Positions 29,233 to 35,184 of a DNA stretch of 47,710 nucleotides are shown in pieces. The notes under the pieces were generated by a model. The model made no database searches. It had not been told where the DNA came from and worked only from the letters and a program-made list of their open reading frames with translations. The position numbers and the translations under genes were made by a program. This DNA comes from Bacteroidales bacterium. Lineage in GTDB: Bacteria; Bacteroidota; Bacteroidia; Bacteroidales; WRLA01. The DNA lies in assembly GCA_028710155.1 (NCBI GenBank), contig JAQUSR010000001.1, forward strand, positions 1-47,710, read 5' to 3'. Every line of letters starts with the position of its first letter. The stretch's first letter is position 1.

Positions 29233-30465
29233 ATGGATAAAAAATCGTTGGCAATACAAGCCGAAAATCACCTTAGGGTGTTATGTTCAGAAATCGGTGA
29301 ACGCAGAGTAGGAAGCGAATCGAACCGTAAAGCGACTACCTATTTGGAACAACAACTTAAAAAATTTGGATGGACAACAGAAACGACTTGCTTGTCAGTC
29401 ATCGACTGGAAAACAGACGGCGCGACGCTTTCTTGCGGCGATCATCAATTGGAAGTCTATTCATCGCAATACGCTTTAGGCTGTTCTGTGAAGGGTGAAT
29501 TGATCGCTATCAGCACTGTAGAACAACTTGAAAATACTGATATTCAAGGAAAAATCGTTCTCTTGTATGGCGAAATTGCCTCTCAGCAAATTGCTCCAAA
29601 ATATTTCCCGTTTTGGAATCCCGAAGAACATCAGCATCTTGTGTCATTATTGGAAAAAGGTAATCCGCTTGCATTGATTTGTGCCACAGAACGTAATGCA
29701 GCTACCGCCGGCGGTGTATATCCGTTTCCGTTATTTGAAGACGGCGATTTCGATATTCCATCCGTCTTTATGAAAGATACAGAAGGAGAGAAGTTGCTCA
29801 AATTTGTCGGAAAAACAGTCGAATTAATATCGAAGGCAACACGCATTCCGGAGACGGCTTTCAATGTTGTTGCGCGTGATAAAAATCATATTTCAAAGAA
29901 ACGTATTGTAATCTCTGCCCATATCGATACGAAAATCGGAACTACCGGTGCAATCGACAACGGAACCGGTGTTGCAGTTCTGCTGTTGTTGGCAGAATTA
30001 TTGAAAGACAGCCCCTCGAAACCATCTGTGGAATTGGTGTTTTTCAACGGAGAAGACTACTACAGTGCCCCCGGGCAATCAAAATACATTGAGCAAAATT
30101 TTGGAAAGTTTGAAGATATCCTTTTGAATATCAACATCGATGGTGTCGGATACAAAGATGGTCTTTCATGTTTTTCGCCGCTTGAATTGTCGGATGAGAT
30201 CATGAGTGCTCTTAGCCAAGTTCTTCATAATTCACCGCAGTTGATAGAAGGTCTTCCATGGTATCAGGGAGATCATAGTGTGTTTTTGCAACAAGGTTGT
30301 CAGGCAATAGCAGTAAGTTCGCAATGGCTGATAGAAAATATGGAAAATCAAGAGGTTACGCATACTGAAAAAGACAATCTATGTATCGTCAACTACGACA
30401 GGGTAGCGGAAAGTGCGATTGGAATTGCCGAGGTTGTAGCATTGATAAAGAACGACACTTTGTAG
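29233..30465 (+). CDS. M28-family metallopeptidase (aminopeptidase-like)
   Basis: Zinc-ligand contexts SAHIDT, GAIDNGTGVAVLLLLAE and FFNGEDY; HT near the C-terminus. Confidence 0.8.
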   Translation: MDKKSLAIQAENHLRVLCSEIGERRVGSESNRKATTYLEQQLKKFGWTTETTCLSVIDWKTDGATLSCGDHQLEVYSSQYALGCSVKGELIAISTVEQLENTDIQGKIVLLYGEIASQQIAPKYFPFWNPEEHQHLVSLLEKGNPLALICATERNAATAGGVYPFPLFEDGDFDIPSVFMKDTEGEKLLKFVGKTVELISKATRIPETAFNVVARDKNHISKKRIVISAHIDTKIGTTGAIDNGTGVAVLLLLAELLKDSPSKPSVELVFFNGEDYYSAPGQSKYIEQNFGKFEDILLNINIDGVGYKDGLSCFSPLELSDEIMSALSQVLHNSPQLIEGLPWYQGDHSVFLQQGCQAIAVSSQWLIENMENQEVTHTEKDNLCIVNYDRVAESAIGIAEVVALIKNDTL

Positions 30466-30523
30466 CATAAAAATAAAATGTAAAAAAAATAGCTCATTGA
30501 CAAAAGTTGTCATAATAAAGAAA

Positions 30524-30531
30524 TAATTTTG
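30524..30531 (+). promoter_or_regulatory. Bacteroidota -7 promoter box upstream of the DUF4007-like remnant and the cassette
   Basis: TAATTTTG on the + strand, 8 nt before the ATG at 30539. No other TAnnTTTG lies between here and the cassette start at 30760. Confidence 0.4.
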
Positions 30532-30538
30532 CCAAAAA

Positions 30539-30747
30539 ATGGAACAAGATAAAGCAATAAATATACATTTTCTGAGTACGAATCATTCCAATGTAAGTCC
30601 ATCGGCTGAAAAAAGGATATGATTTTTATGTCACAAAACAAAGATTTTAATGAGCCGGATTCGGTTGTGAATTTAGGTGTGGGCAAAAATATGGTTTCGT
30701 CTATTCGCTTTTGGATAAAAGCCTTTGGACATAGCAATAATAATTAA
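30539..30747 (+). pseudogene. Degraded, truncated 5' fragment of a DUF4007-like gene
   Basis: Pieces in three frames read MEQDKAINI / FSEYESFQCKS / RLKKGYDF / SQNKDFNEPDSVVNLGVGKNMVSSIRFWIKAFG, then a stop at 30745-30747. This matches my recollection of the DUF4007 N-terminus (FSGHESFxCR..WLKKGYDF....LGVGKNMVxSIRFWxKAFG). A full-length protein would be about 300 aa. Confidence 0.4.
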
Positions 30748-30759
30748 AACAATTATGAT

Positions 30760-31884
30760 ATGCCAATAAAAGATTTACACGCAAAACCATTTGACGATGG
30801 TACAATAACAAAGTTGGAAATTTTTGAAAATTATGCAAAAGAATGGATTCCGACCTTTGTTATGAGTGATTATTATAGAGAGGTTTGGATTTTTGATTTT
30901 TTTGCAGGCACAGGATACGATATTAAAGGTGTTGCAGGTAGTCCAATACGTATTTTGAAACAAATAAAAGGACAAGTCGGGAATATTTTCAAAACACAAA
31001 CGAAAGTAAATATTTGTTTTAATGAATTAGACAAAGATAAGTTTAATTCATTAAAACAATCTTGTATCGATTTTATTATTAATGATGCTGAATTAGAGCG
31101 GTTACAAAAAAACAATTTTTTGAAAATTAATTATAAAAATGAAGATGTGGCCAAATTATTTCCAATTTCATTACAAACTATAAAACAATATCCTTCATTA
31201 GTTTATTTAGACCAAAATGGAATTAAATTTTTGTCAAACTCATATTTTTTAGCACTTGCAGAAACGAAAGAAACTGATTTTCTCTATTTTCTATCTTCAT
31301 CATACATAAATCATTACGGAAAAACAGTAGCATTTAAATCCACCATAAATATTGATGTTGATAGGGCAAGGCAAAATCCATATAAATATTTTCACAGAAA
31401 TGTATTAGAACAAGTTAGAGAATGGTTGCCAAAAGATTCTAAATGTGTTTTGTACCCATTTACGATTAAAAAGGGAGCGAATATCTATGGAATAATTTTT
31501 GGTGCTTCTCACCCTCTTGCCGTAAATAAATTTCTTACAACTGCTTGGAATCAAAACTCAATTAATGGAGAGGCAAATTTTGATATTGATGATGACGAAC
31601 AAAAATTACAACCGTTATTATTCGAAGATATGAAATTGCTAACAAAGAAAGAAAGTTTTAAACAAAAACTGATAGAAAAAATTCTAAACGGCAATTTAAA
31701 AAACAACAAAGATGTTTTTGATTTTACTCTACAACAAGGACACATTGCAGAACATGCAGCAGAAGCTGTAAAAGAATTGAAAAAGAAAGGGAAAATACTA
31801 TATGATGAAAAATCTCCGTTAATTAATTATGATAATGTGTATAAAAAGAAAAAAATCATTGAATATAATGTGGTTATAAAATGA
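30760..31884 (+). CDS. tcmP: Three-Cys-motif partner protein TcmP-like (Rossmann/methyltransferase-fold)
   Basis: 374 aa. N-terminal H..K...KLEIFENYAKEW pattern. SAM-motif-I-like DFFAGTG (30895-30915). FNELDKDKFNSL and LVYLDQNG (D at 31210) segments. It sits immediately upstream of, and 4-nt overlapping, a DUF5131 gene, which is the defining context of TIGR04474 as I recall it. Confidence 0.7.
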   Translation: MPIKDLHAKPFDDGTITKLEIFENYAKEWIPTFVMSDYYREVWIFDFFAGTGYDIKGVAGSPIRILKQIKGQVGNIFKTQTKVNICFNELDKDKFNSLKQSCIDFIINDAELERLQKNNFLKINYKNEDVAKLFPISLQTIKQYPSLVYLDQNGIKFLSNSYFLALAETKETDFLYFLSSSYINHYGKTVAFKSTINIDVDRARQNPYKYFHRNVLEQVREWLPKDSKCVLYPFTIKKGANIYGIIFGASHPLAVNKFLTTAWNQNSINGEANFDIDDDEQKLQPLLFEDMKLLTKKESFKQKLIEKILNGNLKNNKDVFDFTLQQGHIAEHAAEAVKELKKKGKILYDEKSPLINYDNVYKKKKIIEYNVVIK

Positions 31885-32612
31885 AAACAACAAAAATAGA
31901 ATGGACAGATAAAACCTGGAATCCAGTTACAGGATGTTCAAAGATTTCAGCAGGTTGCGTAAATTGCTATGCAGAAGTTATGGCTCGCCGCCTTCAAGCC
32001 ATGAGACAAAGTAAGTATAAAAATGGATTTGGATTGACACTGCACGAAGATGTGTTATCAAAACCAGTACATTGGAAAACACCACATACAATTTTTGTAT
32101 GTTCAATGAGTGATTTATTTCATGAAGATGTTCCTTTTGATTTCATTGATAAAGTGATAAAAACTATAGAATTAACACCACAGCATAGGTATCAATTATT
32201 GACTAAGAGGGCAGAAAGAATGGCCGAGTATTTCCAAACCCGAAAAATTCCAAAAAATGTATGGTTGGGAGTTACAGTAGAAATACAAAAATCGAAAAAT
32301 AGAATTGATATTCTTAGGAAATTGGCGGCTCCTATACGGTTTTTATCTTGTGAGCCTTTATTAGAAAATTTAGACAAATTAGATTTGACAAATATCGATT
32401 GGGTTATAGTTGGAGGAGAGAGTGGTATCTCTGCCCGTCCAATGAAATCCGAATGGGCAATGTCTATTCAAGAACAAGCAGAAAAGCAAGGTTCTGCCTT
32501 TTTCTTCAAACAATGGGGCACTTGGGGAAGTGATGGAATAAAAAGAGATAAACACAAAAACGGTAAACTCTTAAACGGTAAAGTGTGTCAACAAATGCCA
32601 CAAAGAAATTAA
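31881..32612 (+). CDS. DUF5131 / phage Gp37-Gp68 family three-Cys-motif protein
   Basis: The N-terminus IEWTDKTWNPVTGCSKISAGCVNCYAE gives C19-x6-C26-x2-C29. Other family hallmarks: FVCSMSDLFHEDVP, QLLTKR, WLGVTVE, LSCEPLL, DWVIVGGESG..ARPM, FFFKQWG. Confidence 0.85.
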   Translation: MKTTKIEWTDKTWNPVTGCSKISAGCVNCYAEVMARRLQAMRQSKYKNGFGLTLHEDVLSKPVHWKTPHTIFVCSMSDLFHEDVPFDFIDKVIKTIELTPQHRYQLLTKRAERMAEYFQTRKIPKNVWLGVTVEIQKSKNRIDILRKLAAPIRFLSCEPLLENLDKLDLTNIDWVIVGGESGISARPMKSEWAMSIQEQAEKQGSAFFFKQWGTWGSDGIKRDKHKNGKLLNGKVCQQMPQRN

Positions 32613-32635
32613 TTCTCATACAGAACAAAGGAGTT

Positions 32636-33706
32636 ATGACTCTACCATCCGACAATAAATTAGACATTCGCCCGCTTTCGCAAATCTATAATAATACAGT
32701 TACAACTTACAAATATTATTGGTTTGTGTCTATTCTTGATATTGTGTCGAAAGAAGGGCGGCGGCGTATTTCGTTTTGGGAAATAATTGTCGGGATGGTA
32801 GCCGAAGCGTGGTATCCGATACATTATTTCCGTTTATCGTATGGAAAATCCGACTCTTTATACGAGCAAATTATTGAACTACAACACAAATTAAATATTC
32901 CTATTGATGCTCAAAAAACGGATATTAAAAAGAGGATAATAAACAATCTTGAAAATTCTCAAATCAAAAGTCTTTTGCGTGTTTTTATATTAAATGTTCC
33001 TTATCGTTTTTTATCGCCTTGGATTCATTTTACAACAAATGCAGATGTTTCCATTCAATCAAAAACGTTTGCAAATAACTGTCTGTATGCCATTGATGGA
33101 GAGTATATTGACGTGAATTCATCGTGGCAGCAATATTTAACAGATCATTACGCCATACTACGCGATTTTACCTTTTGGAACTTGACTATTTTTCTGCAAA
33201 AACGTAATCCAAATGTGCCAGATATTCCGTCAAAATTGATAAAACCAATTCAACGTAATTCTCTTACCAAACAACACCATTTTTGGGATGCTTATATTGA
33301 TATTGTTGGATCAATAAAATGTATATACACAGGGAAAACGTTGCATAAAAATGAGTACGACTTAGACCATTTTATTCCTTGGAGTTATGTCTGCCACAAT
33401 TTACTTTGGAATTTATTACCAGCCGATTCGAGTATAAATTCGTCAAAAAGTAATAATTTACCGTCATTGGATGACTATCTGCGCCCTTTTGCACAAATGC
33501 ACCATAATGCGCTGAAAGAACTTTATCCACGCAATCCGAGTAACAAACTTTTAGAAGATTATCTGGTCTTGGACGATTCTATTTCTGAATTAGTGGGCTA
33601 TTCCGATGAAGATTTTTTTCGCATATATCAAAAAACCTTTTCTCCAATGACGCAAATTGCCGCAAATATGGGTTTCTCATATTGGCAAAATCCGCTTGTA
33701 AAATGA
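32636..33706 (+). CDS. HNH endonuclease-domain protein with an unassigned ~230-aa N-terminal domain
   Basis: C-terminal HNH core YDLDHFIPWSYVCHNLLWNLLPADSSINSSKSNNLP (DH at 33365-33370). The N-terminal region contains YKYYWFVSILDIV. I used the ATG at 32636. The ORF-track GTG at 32585 would overlap the upstream gene by 28 nt. Confidence 0.8.
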   Translation: MTLPSDNKLDIRPLSQIYNNTVTTYKYYWFVSILDIVSKEGRRRISFWEIIVGMVAEAWYPIHYFRLSYGKSDSLYEQIIELQHKLNIPIDAQKTDIKKRIINNLENSQIKSLLRVFILNVPYRFLSPWIHFTTNADVSIQSKTFANNCLYAIDGEYIDVNSSWQQYLTDHYAILRDFTFWNLTIFLQKRNPNVPDIPSKLIKPIQRNSLTKQHHFWDAYIDIVGSIKCIYTGKTLHKNEYDLDHFIPWSYVCHNLLWNLLPADSSINSSKSNNLPSLDDYLRPFAQMHHNALKELYPRNPSNKLLEDYLVLDDSISELVGYSDEDFFRIYQKTFSPMTQIAANMGFSYWQNPLVK

Positions 33707-34557
33707 AGAAAATTAAAAATAATTCGCATTTGACAGCTATTGCGCGCGAATCATTATCATTTCCAACACGCTGGTTAAAAGGCAAAAATCTTTTGTGCAG
33801 CGAAATTTTGGATTTTGGATGTGGTTTTGGTTTTGATACAGACGAACTTCAAAATCAAGGTTATAATATTATCGGTTACGACAATTATTATCGCCCTGAT
33901 TATCCCGATAAACGATTTGATACAATAGTATGCAATTATGTACTAAACGTTTTAGAACCAGAAGAACAAGTAGAGGTTTTAATGTCTGTTTCAGAACTTT
34001 TGAAACCAACAGGAACGGCATATTTTGCTGTGCGGCGTGATTTGAAAACAGAGGGATTTCGCACGCATTACGTTCATAAACAACCAACTTACCAGTGCAA
34101 TGTGATTTTGCCTTACAAAAGTATCTTTCAAAATGAAAATTGTGAAATATACGAGTATCGGCATTACAATCAAATTGCGCACAACTCCGATTGTCCGTTC
34201 TGTAATTTGGCAAAAGACAAAGAACTGCTTTGCGAAACGGCTACTGCATTTGCTTTTTTCGATGGATTTCCCGTAAGTAAAGGTCATACGCTAATCGTTC
34301 CAAAACGTCACGTAGCAAGTTATTTCGACCTTTCTACACACGAGCAACGAGCCTTGTGGCTGTTGACAAATCGATGCAAAAAAATTCTTGAAAAACGTCA
34401 CAATCCGGACGGTTTCAACGTTGGCATAAACGTTGGCGAATCTGCAGGACAAAGCATTTTTCACGTCCATATTCATATCATTCCGCGCTACAAAGGCGAT
34501 GTTGCCAATCCGCGTGGTGGCGTGCGTTGCGTTATTCCAAATAAACAAAATTATTGA
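33703..34557 (+). CDS. Fusion protein: SAM-dependent methyltransferase (dnd-associated TIGR04096-like) plus HIT-family nucleotide hydrolase/transferase domain
   Basis: The N-terminal half has TAIARESLSFPTR, motif I ILDFGCGFGFD, GYDNYYRPDYP and VCNYVLNVLEPEEQ. The C-terminal half has CPFC, FPVSKGHTLIVPKRH, AGQSIFHVHIHIIPRYKGD (histidine triad at 34462-34476) and a PRGGVRCVIP tail. The ATG at 33703 overlaps the HNH stop (ATGA). Confidence 0.85.
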   Translation: MKKIKNNSHLTAIARESLSFPTRWLKGKNLLCSEILDFGCGFGFDTDELQNQGYNIIGYDNYYRPDYPDKRFDTIVCNYVLNVLEPEEQVEVLMSVSELLKPTGTAYFAVRRDLKTEGFRTHYVHKQPTYQCNVILPYKSIFQNENCEIYEYRHYNQIAHNSDCPFCNLAKDKELLCETATAFAFFDGFPVSKGHTLIVPKRHVASYFDLSTHEQRALWLLTNRCKKILEKRHNPDGFNVGINVGESAGQSIFHVHIHIIPRYKGDVANPRGGVRCVIPNKQNY

Positions 34558-34927
34558 TTTCAACATAAGGCATCCATCTTCGCAATATCTGCAGAAGAAC
34601 CCGATTCTTTGGACTAATTTATTCATGTAAAAATATCAATCTATACCGCTGAAACCCGCTCTTTCAATACTCTTGCGTTCAAGGTTCTAACAGAAATTGT
34701 TACGCTATTTTTCTAACTTCGTCTCACAAAAATCAACAATTTTATAATTCCCTATCTTCGTCAATAAGTCTCTAAAATAAATTAGTTCAATTTTAGAATC
34801 ACTATAAGGAGATTTGTTAGCAACTGATGATTGATACAGAATTGGTTAGCGGTGAATATTTAAGACTAAACTCATTAAACCGCAACAAATTTTACAAAAA
34901 GATGATTGTAGTTTTTATGATTATCAG

Positions 34928-34963
34928 AAAAATTCACGTTTTTTCTAAAAAACGTGAATTTTT
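34928..34963. repeat. Perfect 17-bp inverted repeat with a 2-nt spacer (terminator and/or operator candidate)
   Basis: aaaaattcacgtttttt-ct-aaaaaacgtgaattttt (34928-34944 / 34947-34963). It lies 370 nt after the cassette stop and ends 3 nt before a TAnnTTTG box. Confidence 0.7.
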
Positions 34964-34965
34964 AT

Positions 34966-34973
34966 TAGCTTTG
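34966..34973 (+). promoter_or_regulatory. Bacteroidota -7 promoter box for the short 34990 ORF
   Basis: TAGCTTTG on the + strand, 17 nt upstream of the ATG at 34990. Confidence 0.4.
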
Positions 34974-34989
34974 TCGCAAATATTAAGCG

Positions 34990-35184
34990 ATGAAAATAGC
35001 TGAATTACTAGCAAATACGATAGATAGGATGCCGTCAGATTATGTGTTCACCTATTCCGATTTAAATATAGAGGTGAAGCAAAAAAATACGGTAGTTAAG
35101 GCGTTGAATATGCCGGCAGATACCATCAAAAAAAGCAGAATGAAACTCATTCTGCTTTTTTCAATCGATAAAAACTATTCTTAA
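34990..35184 (+). pseudogene. Possible truncated 5' fragment of an AbiEi/DUF6088-like wHTH antitoxin gene, or a small stand-alone ORF
   Basis: 64-aa ORF. The first ~40 aa (MKIAELLANTIDRMPSDYVFTYSDLNIEVKQKNTVVKALN) resemble the N-terminal pattern I recall for AbiEi_4/DUF6088 proteins. The last ~20 codons run through a terminator hairpin. Confidence 0.25.
35128..35161. terminator. Bidirectional rho-independent terminator
   Basis: aaaaaaaGCAGAATGAaacTCATTCTGCtttttt: a 9-bp stem (35135-35143 / 35147-35155) with an A-run and a T-run, 20 nt from the mmdB stop. Confidence 0.65.

Noticed and set aside
30510-30737. 75-aa minus-strand ORF in the intergenic region left of the cassette
   Set aside because: It runs antisense to the much more recognisable DUF4007-like peptide fragments and has no promoter box or family resemblance. 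I treat it as a shadow ORF.
32628-32633. AAGGAG-like Shine-Dalgarno upstream of the HNH ATG at 32636
   Set aside because: The spacing to the ATG is only 2 nt, and Bacteroidota generally do not rely on SD pairing. I do not use it as evidence for start-site choice.
33869-34626. Three minus-strand ORFs (114, 98 and 111 aa) overlapping the methyltransferase-HIT gene
   Set aside because: They are antisense to an ORF with complete, well-ordered MTase and HIT motifs and have no recognisable motifs of their own. Such shadow ORFs are typical of AT-rich DNA.
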